Both the position numbers and the translations under genes were made by a program. This document shows positions 21,868-35,843 of a stretch of 64,000 bases of DNA, piece after piece. Below the pieces are notes generated by a model. That model was not told the DNA's origin. It saw only the letters and a program-made list of their open reading frames with translations, and did no database searches. This DNA is from Schmidtea polychroa (lineage: Eukaryota): positions 31,062,001 to 31,126,000 of the forward strand of contig CM097888.1 of the NCBI GenBank assembly GCA_044892525.1, written 5' to 3'. The stretch's first letter is position 1. Every line of letters begins with the position of its first letter.

Positions 21868-23881
21868 TTATCAAGATTTAGTCCTTCTTCACGATATTTT
21901 TCTTTAAAATTATCATGGATATCAATTCCACAAGTTCTTCCGGTAAGTGTGCCCAAAGCCATTAGTTACTCATAACACTGAAAATATTCAGTTATAGCAC
22001 GAATAAAATATAATATTTAAGCCGAGTCAGTTTTATCAGTGGATTCATCCAATGCTATTGAAAAATATACCTCCTTATTTTGAATTATTGTGCGAAGCTG
22101 TTCTGTCACATTATAAGCTAATTATAAGCTAAACTATAAATAATAATAACTCCAACCAATTACGAAATTAAACTAAATCATTTGCAGTTGCTCAGCAACT
22201 GTGTTTTACCGCAAAACGAGGCCTACTGTGTTTATCTTATAGAAAAGTAACCGAAAAAATATTTGAAAAATATTATTAGTATTAATAATTATTTCAAAAA
22301 TTTCCACAAAAAGAATTTCAATTGTAATTTGTAATAAAATACAAAAAATGTGAAAGAGCCGCATGCGGTCTTAAGGCCGCAAGTTCCCCACCCTAATTTT
22401 AGTGTGCGAGTATGTGTTGGTGCATTGATTCGGTAAAACAAATTTGAATTATTATAATTCTACTTAATTCTAATTAATTTTATTTTCAAAATGTCATATT
22501 TTATTTTTAATTGAATTTGCCGCCATGATGGATATGGATATTTTCTAGAATATTCTAAGCTGTTTAATGATCCACTAGCGGCCATGGTGGATTTCATTAT
22601 TATAGAATATTCTATTTTTCTGTTCATTTCTGCTATAATCTTATATCCCTATTTGACTTTTTGAATATATTTTGTGGAAATTTTCCTAATTTTTATTCCT
22701 ATCTCTCCTTATCGCCAATAATTCAAATCTGCCTACTTGTATTATGTATCTAACTTGTGTTTGACAAGATTTCAAGTAACACATTGGTTTCATATTAGTT
22801 TATTTTTGTGTTTACTAATTTTCTGTTGAGTGAATTCTATTTATCTGTTTAATTGGTGGTTGGGCGTGTTTGATTTTAACTCTACTTAATGTTATGCCTG
22901 CCTGTTATGTTCCTAAAATTAGGTCTAAAATTAGGTCTAATGAGGTAAAATGAATTTCGAGGACAAAAATTTTTTTAAAAGGGGGGAGATATTTGGGGTT
23001 GTAAATTTAAAAAGTATGTAATTAAAAATGGAAAATTGGAAAATTCAAAATCAAGAGATCAACAAATTATCTAATTCAAATTTGACAAACCAGTCAATGT
23101 TTTTATAAATGATAAAATTCAGGTAGTGTTGGACGGACATCGACAACAAGCAAAGTGTAGCCTTCAAAATTCAATAACCAAACCAACATCAAATGAATGC
23201 ATGATGAGAATTAAACATTGCAAGCAAAAAACCAACTCTGACCGGTGACATATCGTATTCATCGAAAATAGACATATTAATCTTCATAATAATAAATTCG
23301 TTTAGAAAATTTATCGCTGCGGCTTAGAATATTGATAGAATTGTTACTTTCATCAGTTATTGAGATTAAAATAATTTAGATGAGTAGGATGCCAATTGGA
23401 ATGGCCATAATTACAAATATGAACGATATCTTAACACAATTGCTAATGAATAGATTCTCTTTACAGTTTAATGATAGAATATTGTTTTTTACACATAATA
23501 ATGTCAATACATCTTGTATTGTGATTATTCGTGTTCTCAAATTAAATTGTCCTTCCTGTGATTTGATAGGTTGAGCTGTTGCACTACTGATGGGAGAATT
23601 GGGATATAAGAGTATGGTTGTTTTCAGATGACTTGACAAAATTTTAACAGAAGAAAACGAGAAAAATTAAGAAAAATCAAATAGAAAAAAACAATAAGCC
23701 GACGAAATCATACGCGCAATATTTTGCAGAAAAGAGAAGCCGAATGGGAAAAATCATTGTTGTAGAAAAAATGTGAAAATCCAAAATTGGGCGAGGACAG
23801 GAAATGAGGAAATGAGAATATATTTGATGGAAATCGAATGGTAATTCAATACGAAGCTAGCCGAATTATTAGTGAGGAAAA

Positions 23882-24951
23882 ATGAAGAAAGCTAGGAGAT
23901 TAAATGTGTTTAAAGCGATAGTGGCGGTCTTGGACAGTGAAGGAACCATAACCAGAACTATGCCAAACAATTCTTCATGGAAGATTACCAAATAAACATG
24001 GCATAAACGAATGCGAGCAGTAAATGGAATTGCTTGGTTGGTATTGGAATGCCGAAGGAAAGTATCAATGAGTGATGCGTTAGAACGAATTATTTCAATA
24101 AATGAAGAAAGCATCCAGCTTCCGATTATTGAAGAGATGGTGAGGCACCGAAAATCATTCTTGCGCAATAAATTGACTACTGAGGAGATCAGAAAACATT
24201 TAATATTTATAGACGCAGAATACGAGGTGAGCGAGGACAATCAAATGATCCCACTAGTAATATGTCTCATTGAATACACAGGAAAAATAATGTATAATTC
24301 CTTGATAACTTCTAGAGAAAAATTAAAAAACTATGTCACACAGGTTCGCGGCGTTACCGAAAAAAATGTCTAGGAACCAAGAATATCAATACCAGAGTCG
24401 AAAAAAATTCGGGAGCTAACAACGAGAAAGATATTAATAGGACATGATTTAACAAACGAACGTAATGTAGTGGAGTCAAACTAAACGAAATATGGGTTAT
24501 AAGAGACTTAGCAAGAGTCCAAGCGTTATTCAAAAGGAAAATAACCATTAATTGGCAATGGTTTAAGTTATCGATCGTAGCAGAGGAAGTTTGTGGAATA
24601 AAGATGCAGAAAGGAAATCACTCTGCATTGGAAGATACAGAGGCAGTTAGAAGAATTTACTTGGCTATCGAAAGTTAGTGGAAGAATTATATTATTTGCA
24701 ATGAACTAATGGCCAAGAAAATATGCTCCTTGGATGACTATAAAAAAAGGAAATTGTCAGTGGCAAACGAAAAATCAGACGAGCTAAAGGAGAAAAAAGG
24801 CATCGAAATACAGGAGCTGGAACCAAATCTCCACACCATTGAGACAAGCAAAACCATTACCTGGCAAAAAGCGACAGTCATGGCAAATTATGATACCCGC
24901 CTACAGGAGTTGTATAACCAGCGCACATGTAATTTTCAAGAAATAATATAA
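23882..24951 (+). pseudogene. DEDDh RNA-exonuclease (REX4/ISG20-like) ORF with stops and frameshifts
   Basis: ExoI LIFIDAEYE, NYVTQVRGV, ExoII region KILIGHDLTNE, IRDLA, ExoIII GNHSALEDTEAVRRIY, then ES*W..CSLDDYKKRK in frame. Confidence 0.8.
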
Positions 24952-25850
24952 AACACCTATAGTAGAACTGTTAGGTTCTGATCAGGTGGATCGATTCTTC
25001 CTAACACAGATTATATTTGACTCCAAAGATATAAATATAGTATATGTGCGTGTAGATATATAAATAATTTAATATAGAATAATCAAGACGTGAATATGAA
25101 AACTTTATTAAATATGCACAGATAAAATATACAAACGTAATAATTGTGTTTTCCAAAAAAGGCCGCTAATTGCTATGAAGGAAAAAATATTGGTTATACA
25201 AACCGTCCTAAGATATAAGTGACAAATCTAATTGCTCACAGCACCGTATTTAAAGTTAGGAACAAGATGAAGGGATTATCCGAATTTTACGCGATCGTCT
25301 AGATCAAGTTTGATCTAGCGTTACCTATCAATATAGCCCTCTAGTATTTTAGTTTCCAGCGAGTAAGACAGACGGAAATGCTGCTTCTGGTGGCCGGGTT
25401 GTGCAGATATTTATATTTATAATAAATAAATATTCAAATAACCTTACGGCTAAGAATATTATTTGTTTTCTCTTTTCTTTTTCTCGATACTGGAAGCTTT
25501 ATAGCTTTTAATTCTTCTCTGAGTTTAATAATTGCCTCTAAGCTAAAATTGCTTGAGCAAAATTGTCTGACTGATTGACTTTTTGTCTTCCTTTAAATAA
25601 CAAATTTCTGAGGCAGCAGCTGGTTTGACTCTTTAGTAATTCGTAATTACAACAGCTGGTAAATATCTGCTACTAATTCTTCGTAGGATTAAATTGCGTT
25701 CTCAGCACTAACTGGTTAATTATTTTTCTCTGAAAAACTGCTGCTTAATCAGTATTGATTTTGTCAGCACAGATCAAAATTTATTTCTGGCTGTTCACAA
25801 AAGTTCATACTTATCTATAATAATTTACTAATTATAAATAATAGCTATAG

Positions 25851-25854
<4 letters not shown>

Positions 25855-25892
<38 letters not shown>
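25855..25892. repeat. (TA)n microsatellite, about 19 units
   Basis: Read directly. Confidence 0.95.
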
Positions 25893-25898
<6 letters not shown>

Positions 25899-26369
25899 AA
25901 TGACTTATTATAGGATTTATCTAAATATATAAATTTGATGATACTATTTTTATTTATAATTTATTTTAAGTTACAAACTATTAATATTTTTGTACTTATA
26001 CTATTTTTAAATTTTATTATTACTATTTGCCTATTATTATTATTATACCCATTGTCCTAGTCTCTATACGGCTAATAAACTTGCGCTCTGAACGAGCCAA
26101 ACCCCAACAGAACCGTGAGCAGATGGGTCAAAATAATGATAATAAAGAAAATAATCAAAGCCAATTAAAATAAATCAAAATTGAGATCAAAATGTTTAAA
26201 TCAAAAAAAAATTATTGTTATTCATATTATTTACTGAAAAAATAATTATTACTAAATTGTAAATGATAATATTTATTATTATGGTAGAAATTTTTTAATA
26301 AATGTTTTATTATTATTATCATTATTATAATTATTATAATCACTATTGGTATTTCTATAATATCATTAT

Positions 26370-29300
26370 TGTTGTGAAGTTTAAAGTTATATACTTATAT
26401 ATTTATATAATTATTTTGAAGGCATCCAATCCCTGGAACCCCGGAATTTTTTTTTCCGAAATCCCGGGATTAAGATTGTCAGAATACCGGGATTCGGTAC
26501 CAATTTTTAATTCATTTTATTTGCATAATGCGTAGCCAATTCGGTTTCATCCCCTGAGTTATTTTTAAATTCTTCTTTTATCAGTTGCCGTATATTACAT
26601 AACATGCGCACTAGAAAGAGTATTAATGAACGCCAACGCAATACAACCTCGATAAATATGTTATTATGCATGCTCATTTTAATGAATAATTTCTATATTT
26701 ATTTTTGGCAAATGAGAATGAAACTTCCTAAATGAATGACATGAGAGTGAAAAATGGACATCACTACTCTTGAATACACCTAAATCCGAAATATAAAAGT
26801 TTCTATAATACATTTTGGTGTGTGCATCAGTGGGTTACTAACCATTTATGAAAGTGAAGTTTAATATTTATTCATTTATTCAATTTTTTGGAGAAAGGGC
26901 ATGTAAAAATTTAATCAATTTGACAGGAAGAATATTATTTCATTGCTTTTCCTTCTAATCAGCAAGGAACAGCCATGTCTGAAAAAAACATCCAAAATTT
27001 TGCAGAATGTAGCCAAAATTTGATTGAAAAAACTCGAGTGTGGGAATATATTTTACGTGCTAAATCAGGCGAGTCTGGCAAGTGTAAAAATGTCATAAAA
27101 TTTTGAAAATGACGGGCAGATTGACAAGCGGCCTTCATAAGCACATCGCAAGTCACTCCATCGTGATAAATCAGGTCGAAAGACCAGCCTCTGACACTTT
27201 AGGAGTACGACCAGCAAAATGCAATGACCCACAAGCCTATAGGAGCAAAAAAATTATCACTAATTATCTTGTTGTTCATTACGATAGCTCTCTGGAAGCA
27301 GTATTATCCTGTATGACAGCCTCCGATGGATTACCATTCAGTTTTTTTATAACATCGGTGGAGGAACGCAAATCACTGTCGGCTCGTGGATTTGACGTAC
27401 GAAAATCAACTACTTTTATTCGCACCATGGTCATGAAGTATGGCCGAATGATACATCAAAAATACAAGCTTGAAGTCTCGGAAGAAATTCACTATCAGCT
27501 TTGACGAATGGATTTCATTCAAGCACCGTCGATATTTGAATCTAAATGTGCACATTCAAAATAAAATTTGGGATTCAGGATAGGTTCGAGTGCGTGAATC
27601 TAAGCCCACAGAAAGCCGCATCAAACTTATTGAAGGAAAGCTGGAGTTTTTCGGATTAAATTAACACTAAGGTATTGTATGCACCGTGATGGATGGTGCC
27701 GCTCCAATGGTAAAAGTGGGAAAATTACTTTCTTGTGAGCAATAAATATGTTTTGTACATGACAAACACATGGCGGTTTGTGGATTTCCTTTACACAAAA
27801 CCTGTTTCTACACCAATTATAGAGGTTGATGATAACGATGACAGCGATTCAGACAACGAAGGTGAATATGACGGATTTCAAATTGTTTGCAAAGAAGATG
27901 AGCCAGAACTTACAGATTAGCTTTATGTATTCATCGGTAAAGTACTGTCTGTTGCCAAGCTATTTCGTCGATATCCGACAAAAACGACATTCTTCAGAAA
28001 TACATCAAAGCAGAATTCGGAAAAGAAGTTCAGTTGATGATTGATGTAAAGATACGATGGAACAGTCTTCTTTCTATGCTGGATTATTTCATTGGAGTTA
28101 AAAACTGCATTTTAAAATCGTTCATTGATCCTGGTTCAAGTATTTCATTTGAAGAAGAATTAAGCATGATTCAAAATTTGGTAACAACACTTGAACCAGT
28201 AAAGTTAGCTGTGGAAGCACTTTGTCGTCGTGACGCAGCACTGCTGTCAGCTGACAAAATGATTTGATTCATGATAAATAATTTTGGCAGCCGTTCAGCT
28301 GAAGGAAACACTTTCACGTCGATTGAATCAACGGTGAACCAAAAAGGCAACCAAAATTATGCAGAATTGGAGTTGGATCCTATCCTAAATTTTGAATGTC
28401 TAAACAAAGCGAAAAGTGTTTCTATGGTTACTGGTCTGACAAAGCCATCTGATCGCAATTAGTCATTTGAATCCGAATCGGACAGTGAGGCAGCTGAAGG
28501 AGAAGTCGAATCACAGTTGTCCATGCAGGAAAAGCTCCCCAGAGCATCAATAAGGAAATGAATTCCAAAATAATTTCCAAATCACGAACAGCGAAAGAGG
28601 ATATTTCAAGATGGAAGCTAAATGAATAAATAAACAAAAAAGACTTAATTTGAGTTCATCTGTTTGTACCTAATTTCATTTATTATTGTTTTAAACAGTG
28701 TTTTATTTATGAATTAAAAAATTTGTGTAAACATGTGGTTATTTAAATTTTGGGAAAAAATTTTGAAATGTTGCCAAAAGATTCAATACCGAAATCCCGG
28801 TTCTGGAAAAATGGTCCGGTACTAGATGCCTTAATTATGTTTATGTATTTATACTGATATTTATGTGTTACAAGAAATTTGTGATAACCCAGCAGTCTCC
28901 TTTAAAACTTACTTTGGGACTTCTGGGGTGATTGTATGTAGAGTATATAAAAATAAATTTTATAATAATTAGAACAAATATTTACTTTAACTTAAAATAC
29001 GAAAATAAACTAAATTATGTTATTAAACTTTTATTCAACAAAAAGATCAAAAAACTTTAATCACCTAGGGTTCCTTCTAAATTGTGCTTTGGTTATTTTT
29101 CAGGGTTAGGTTCATGAAACGTTGGAATGTTGCAGCTGCATTCCGCAAACCGAAAGGTATTCTGTTATATTCGAACAAACCAATTGGTGTTATGATAGCT
29201 GTCTTTTATGTCTTTCCTAATTGTAATTCGGTGATAGGTCTTTTGAAGGGCTATTTTTGGCAGGGGGTAGTTGTCTGCTTCTGTGATCTTATCTAGCATG

Positions 29301-31622
29301 CTGTAGTCGCCACAAGCTTTCCATTCCCCGTTCGCCTTTTGTTTGAGCATTAGGGTGGAAGATAATTCTGAGTTTGAATGTTTTACTATTTTGTTGTCGA
29401 GTAATTCTTTGAAAATTTCTTTAGTGTACTGGGTTCCCCAATGTTATGATTGAGTGTTCGGTCGGGTTGTCCGAATTCTAGTTGAATGTTACTGGTTCGG
29501 TTAATTTATTAAAATTTTTTACTAGTCGAGTTATTGCGGGACCGTGATTGGCTGCTCTGTTTTTATTGGTTGAGGATTGTTTGGATTACTCCAATGTCAA
29601 TTTGAGGGTAGTAATTTGTTGTTGATTGTTTTCGTTTTTGTGATGGGGTTTTCAACTAAATCTGTATTTCTGCAGTCTACTTGTAAGTTATAGTGTGATA
29701 AGAAATCAGCACCGATTATTGATTGTTGTACTGCGGTTAGAGTAAACGACCAGGTGTACTCTTCGTGGTTAATTGTTATAGTCATTATATGTTGTCCGAA
29801 TGTACTTATGTTGTTACCGTTATCTGCGGTGAGTTTGTTATTTGTTGTTTTGAGGTTTTTGAACATTTTGTGGGGTAATATGGAGACCAGTGTCAATCAG
29901 AAAATTATTGTTTTGTGATTGCACCATGAACTTTTTATTTTTGTCGCCAAATGTCGGTGCGATTAATGGCGACTTCATCAGTTTTCCTGTGTTTTGTAGT
30001 TGCACGGGTTGTTGCATTTGTATGCTTTATTCCCGAACTTTGGTGGTAGTAGGAAATTTCATCTTTATTTTTGTCTGTGATGTTAAATGAGGCTTTGTGT
30101 TTTCGGTTTCGTGAATCTGACTGATTTCTGTTATAACGGTTTTGTGAAAGATTGTAGTTTTGTCTTAAGCATTTTCCTTTTATTTCGGCGAGTTCACGTT
30201 TAATTTGTTTGTTTCAATTATTACTTCATCGAATTTGCTGATCAGTGTGTTAATGAGGTTGGTTGTGATTTCGATTGTTTCAAGATTTTTGTTCTTATTG
30301 TTTGGTGGTTAGTCGTTGTGGTATGATTGGTTTTTGTACTGATTTTGGGTGCTGTAGATTATGGGGTTAATTTCTTCATTGATTTGATTTGGTATGTCCG
30401 CTAATGTTTGATGTCTGCGGCTAAGATTAATCGTATTTCTTGTGGTATAGCGCGTATGAATAATACTTTAATTAGCTTGTTTAATCCTGAACTGGTGATG
30501 TTTGGTTGTAGTTGTTCCAGTTTGTGCTTTAGTTGTCTGAGGAAATCGGCATGTTAGTTGTCCCCTATTTGTGTGTTGTTTAAGCAGGACTCCAGCATTT
30601 GTCCTTTATTTATTTTATTTTTTGATATTAGTATGTGACAGTTTGTTGTATGGGTTCTCACTTTTTGAGATTTCGTTTATTTGGTCTGCAATTTCGTTGA
30701 GTTTGTTGGGGAGAGCTGCAATTATGTTTGAACACAGGGCTTTTGTTGATTTTACGCCTGATAGTGTTAAAGCTAGTTTTGCGAAGTCTAGCCATTTTTG
30801 AGGCGTTCCATTTTCATTGATGAAATAAGTATGGATATTCGGTTTGGGTTCATAATTGAATTTATAGAAAATGGGTTAGTTAATGAATTGAACTGGCGGT
30901 TGGTGTTGTCATTCGTTAATGGAATATTTTCTTCACTTATGTTTGTGAATCCATTGGATATTTGGTTATCTTCTTGCCAAAATCGGTTGTTTGTGTTTGT
31001 TTGCATTGATTGGTGATGTTTGTTTGCATTTTAAAAAGAATTGTTTTAATCAAGGATATGGCTTACTGTGTTCAGCCTAAAGTGCTACTATTCTTTATAC
31101 ATCTACATTAGGTATGCTAAAAGCGTTAGTGTTTTTACGAGTGTATTTTGTATATTTTTGCTCCTGACACCAGTTATGTTGTAAAGTTTAAAGTTATACT
31201 TATATGTTTATATAATTATGTTTATGTATTTATGCTGACACTTATGTGTTACCAGAAATTTGTGAGAACACAGCAGAATCTCATTTAAAACTTGTTTTGG
31301 AATTGCTGGGTGCTTGTGTATGTAGAGTATATAAAAATAAATTTTATAATAGAACAATTAGAACAATTAGAACAAATATTTACTTTAACTTAAAATACGA
31401 AAATAAACTAAATTATGTTATTAAACTTTTATTCAACATAAAGATCAAGAAGATTTAATCACTTAGGGTTCCTTCTAATACGAATCCAACAAAAATAAAA
31501 CCCGAATATGTTCCAATTTCAATCTTTCAATCTTCGCTATTTATTGTTTAGTTTTTGGTTTATTTCTAGTATCTTCTTTCTGTGATAATAAAATATATAA
31601 AATTATTATTGTTATATTAACA
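26370..31622 (-). mobile_element. Decayed Gypsy retrotransposon (CsRn1-like gag), 3' LTR split by a hAT insertion and partly deleted
   Basis: 5' LTR 31177-31622; 3' LTR 26370-26417 plus 28834-29080. PBS TGGTGTCAGGAG (tRNA-Leu type, 31172-31161). Gag ..KFGNKAYKCNNPC, protease FLIDTG, RT ACGDYSMLDKITEADNYPLP. Probable TSD ATTAT, in low-complexity context. Confidence 0.85.
26418..28833 (+). mobile_element. hAT transposon with BED-finger transposase pseudogene
   Basis: TIRs (G/T)AAGGCATC; 8-bp TSD ATTATTTT/ATTATGTT; VWEYI..KCKNCHKILK..TSGLHKHI BED finger; SLSFDEW, RWNSLLSML, LEPVKLAVEALCR. Confidence 0.85.
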
Positions 31623-32702
31623 ATTATTAGTATTATTATTGTTGATATTATAAATATTATAACTATTAGAAGTAAATCAAAAAATTAAAACAAGTTTTTA
31701 CTTACGTTTGATTACCCCAGTAATAAACTTACGAATCGAGTTGGGATGACGTACCAATAAATTCTTGTATAGAACTTTAGATATTGTAATATAGAAAAAT
31801 TACAAGTGTACACAAACAGTTTTTTTTAGATGGAAATTCCATCCAAAACGCTATAATATAGTATACAACATGGAATTCTTAAGTATATAACTTCCTTCAA
31901 ATAGATTTTTAGCAACACAAATCTAATATAATTCACCTTGATACACAGCATCAGATTTCCATAAACCCTTTATATGACTATTCCAATACGCTCATAACTA
32001 ATGATAAACTGTATTATTACATTTTCTCGTCCAAATATTTGTAAACTGTCTTGTACTTTTATCAATCTCTTTTTCTCAAATTAATATCATCGTGCATTTA
32101 CAATTTTGCATTACATAGAACTTTATAAAAATGCAAATTTTATTGGTTGGACAAAGGGTTAAAATAAATCATAATTTCGATATTCTTTGATTTTGGAATT
32201 TCGGCAGTGATGGGTGTTGAGTAGGGTTTAACTAAAACTAAATAAGGTTTCATAAATCTTTGATGGATTTGACAATTCGATCGGAAAAATTTAAAATAAA
32301 TTTTTGGGAAAAAGTCAATAAAGATTTCTGTTGTCAAGATTTCTGGGTCAGTCACATAAACATGTTGTTTTATAAATATTTCAATAAATGGATATAAAAT
32401 GAATGAATGAGAAAGATGTATATTTGTTTAAAAACATTTCAAAATTGGTGTACTAAAATGAAATTTCACAATTTTGATTACTTTATAGTCTCACTTAATA
32501 GAGAATTTAATTTCAAGTATATTGGCATAAAAATATCTTATAAAAAATCACAATTTATGACGTAATCAATGATTGAAACAAAAATAAAATTATTATACAA
32601 ACAAAGATTTAGACAAAATTAAAATTATTACATAATCGATAATTAAGACAAAATTGAAAATTGAAAAAAAGTACTGGGGATCTTTTAAAAATTAAAAAAA
32701 AG

Positions 32703-34306
32703 AGGTGGGGTATCTGGAGTGCACATGAATCTGGAATGCACATAACTATCTACTGGCATCAAGGGGCGAAGATGGAGAAAGTCCGATGGTTCTCGTAAAA
32801 CAAGAGATGAGGAAGAGCCCAGCCCTGACTGCTCAAATCTAAGCCATCTCGAACATCGGGCTTGCTATCACCGGCCTCAGACGAATTGAGCAAGACATTC
32901 GCACGGGCGAATTAGAGAACCCCAATGGAGACGCCCTCGACTCACTGAGCATCGAGTGGTGGAAAACAGTTCCCGAACTGCAAGGACAGACCGGCGCGAA
33001 TCCGCCGAAGTCTAAAACAGGGCCCAGGAAACGAGGGTGGCCCCGAAAATGACTTAGAGGAATTGAGTTCACCGGAAGGCACCTCATAAACCGGCATTTG
33101 TTCTTCCTAGCCTTTCTTGGCTAAATGAATTTTTTTAGATGTTAATAAAGTATTGTTAGATTGTTTGTGTGTGTTGGTCGAATACAGATTATCGTCAGCA
33201 GAGTATGTTGAACGAACTTGAGAGGTTTGCAATGAGACCATGGGAAGAGTGAGTACCACTGTTGGGTGAGAATGGCTGGTGGAGCACCGTATGGGATGAA
33301 AGGACTAGATGCGCTAGAATTGGGAGTGAAGATGAGACGTTGTAACATACTAATCGATCAAACCGGATCTAAAGTGTGAGTAGAGTATCGGGGACCAATG
33401 GGTATATGACGCACGACCATGATTAGGAGGGATGCCAGCGGTAAGTGCTGAAAAGATAATATAACATCAGAATAGATGTCGAATTTAATACGATATTAGT
33501 ATAAAACATTCTGAGTTTCACTAATTTTGTTATTTAGTGTTAAAACTGCTGGAAAACTTACGGAGCGACTGAAAGGAGGCACAAACCTAGGTAGAAGACC
33601 TACGACAGAGAATCAAAAAATTCAAGGGGCAGTGCAAGGAGCTAGATGGGACTTGGTTTAGGCCCGTAGAGATACAGAAACGCATGTGGCTTATTCAACA
33701 GTTACAATTACTGAGCTTACAAGACCAAACAGAGACCCGGGCGCTCAAACTACAAGTTCGGAGTTGGAAACTCAACTTCACCATAAAAACCTCGACAGAG
33801 ATGCCGCAGATCGGATACGCCTAGTAGTGGTCAAACCCGCCGGCAAAATCCAGTCGACCCAAGAGGAAGCAACCGGGTCAAGATACCCGTGACAGGATTA
33901 AAAGAGCACACGTGACCACTAAGGCCAAACAAAAAAAGTGGAGAATAACTAAAAGATTAAATTTTTTCTTGTTGGTTGCATGAATAAATATTTTGTGGTT
34001 GGGGAACACTTTAGTTGAAAGATATGATGAATGTTGTGAAGTCTACTAACGGGAAATCAATCCAAAATTAGGAACTGTCTAGAAAATCTGACGGAAGCCT
34101 TTTATCGGCAGGCCGTGGACCCATGCGAGTACGGGGCATTTATAGTATGCAGGAGCATGCTCACTTCTTACTGGTACTCAAGCCCTTGATAAAATACCAA
34201 CGTTGAACACTCAATGGGTATCGAGCGGTCAAACACACCATTGTATTCTGGGTTACGCTGGAAACAGCAGGACAAGTTAAAATGTGTGCTTACCTGTAAC
34301 CCACCA
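32703..34306 (+). mobile_element. Giant-LTR family copy 3, 5'-truncated
   Basis: ORF-A homolog 32813-33052; ORF-B homolog 33538-33892 after a GTAAGT..TTTAG intron (33441-33537); AATAAA 33983; U5 structure; ends GTAACCCACCA. The 5' boundary is approximate. Confidence 0.75.
34098..34306 (+). ncRNA. Conserved structured RNA at LTR 3' end, copy 3
   Basis: GAGTAC/GTACTC; AGTATGC-AGGA-GCATGCT; CTTGATA/TATCGAG; GGGTTAC-GCTG-GAAA-CAGC..GTAACCC. Confidence 0.75.
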
Positions 34307-34837
34307 TGTTATAAATTACCTGTAATCCACTAATTGTCTGAAATAATAGCATTTAAAATTTTTATTTTTTTGTTGAGGTTCTGAAATCTCAATTTGATGG
34401 TTCCTATATAAATAAGAACACAAACACTGGTTCAATAAAATGTATTTGATTATAAAAATTACAAATATAGTTGAAAATAAAACTAACAATCACCTGAAAT
34501 ATATTTCAATTTGCATTTTCCATTTATTAATAGTTGGGATAAGTAATATTAACTATTAATCTATATATTAACTATAATTTATAAATCTATTATTTTCATT
34601 TGTTAGATTTTTTTTAAAACAAAATTCATAGAGAATGCACTTAGTGCAATTTTCATTTTGTGATTTTTATTACTTTGTTTTAAGATTATTTAATGCTTCT
34701 TATAATTTTAAGTTATTTTATAGATTATTATTCTTTTGATTATAATTATTATTTGTTTTATTTTAGCCAAAGGAGAAGTTTTGATGCTATTGTGATATTT
34801 CAGTGTATTGAGTTATTGAGTTGGTGATAAATTTTAA

Positions 34838-35843
34838 TGTTACTCTGACTCCAAGCGTGTTTTTATATGATTCACAAATAACACTTGACAACAGAAATCT
34901 TTATTGATAATCACAAATAAACCTTCACTTGACACTGACAATAAATTCAACACTCTGCTTGGTGACTATACAATGCTTATTACAACACTCGGTGAGGAAT
35001 AGCACTTGTATATAACACCGGATTAAAAGATCACAAACTACTGATTGGTTTCTAAACTGGGGTTTTGAGCTGGTTGTTTTCTTTGACTTTCCTCCAAACT
35101 TTATTCAAATAGTCAATAACTTCTTTTCTTTTTATTATTCAACTAATTCTTTTCTTCAACTCTTCACCAAAAATTAATTTCCACAATTATTTCTTTTACA
35201 ATTATTTTGAAAATCGTTTGTCTAACAACGTTTCGTCCAACGTCTAATTTTCTCCAATAATTTTATCTCTCAAATCGTCTCTCAAATCGTATCTCAAATC
35301 GTCTCTCAAATTGTCTCTCAAATTGTCTCTCAAATCGTCTTCCAAATCGTTTTAAATTTCGCGTCACTTTGTCTCTAATTTTTCTTCTAATTTTGTGTTT
35401 CTTTCATGTTCACCAGTTTTCCCTATTATAGTTCGCTTCTCTTGTGGCAGTCCAGATAATCAAGTGTTTTTCCCTTTTCCTTATTTTTGTTTGACCGCCT
35501 TCTCCCATCAATTCTATTATCACTGGCAAGCTGTCGAGATGAGGATATTGTTGTTTTCCTTTTTCCCCGATTTCAAAATTCCTTTTCCTTTCTGTACTAA
35601 TTAATTAGTACTGACCTTGATTTTTGTTTTCCTGTTTGATAACTTTTATTTCCTTTCTCTTTCTCATTTTTAATTTCTTTTCACTTCCGTTTTCTTTTCT
35701 GAGTTTCTATAGATCGTCCCGTTTGTTATGGCGATTTTCCCCCAAGTAATTTTATTTATTTCTTTATAAATTGTTATTTAGATATCCTCAACAAGTGTAT
35801 TTCTACAGATATTTACATATTCCATGTTAATCTATTTGTCACA
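34838..35843 (-). mobile_element. Probable ~1-kb LTR of an unrelated family
   Basis: TGTTAC...GTCACA termini; purine-rich GAGCGAGTGGTGAAT precedes it on the minus strand; internal 12-bp CTCAAATCGTCT-like tandem (~35270-35345). No TSD. Confidence 0.4.

Larger units (their letters stand above)
15966..22395 (-). mobile_element. hAT transposon (GTF2IRD2-type) split by giant LTR copy 2
   Basis: Terminus TAGGGTGGGGAAC at 22395. Transposase FSIALDESTD..GLNLDN (to 21868) resumes in register as LVSVYTDG..HQQNLCAK..FIRANATRHRQF..YHCKVR (16775-15966). Confidence 0.85.

Noticed and set aside
25045-25799. Possible solo LTR (TGTG..CACA), containing the palindrome CTAGATCAA-GT-TTGATCTAG
   Set aside because: No TSD and no second copy in the window, so the boundaries cannot be supported.
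31650-32360. Possible minus-strand gene remnant (ORF 32140-32355); similar broken frames at 42600-43100
   Set aside because: Many stops and no recognisable family, so a call cannot be supported.
32700-32715. AGGTGGGGTATC as the 5' terminus of LTR copy 3
   Set aside because: It matches neither TGTTGGGC nor a TSD, so copy 3 is treated as 5'-truncated.
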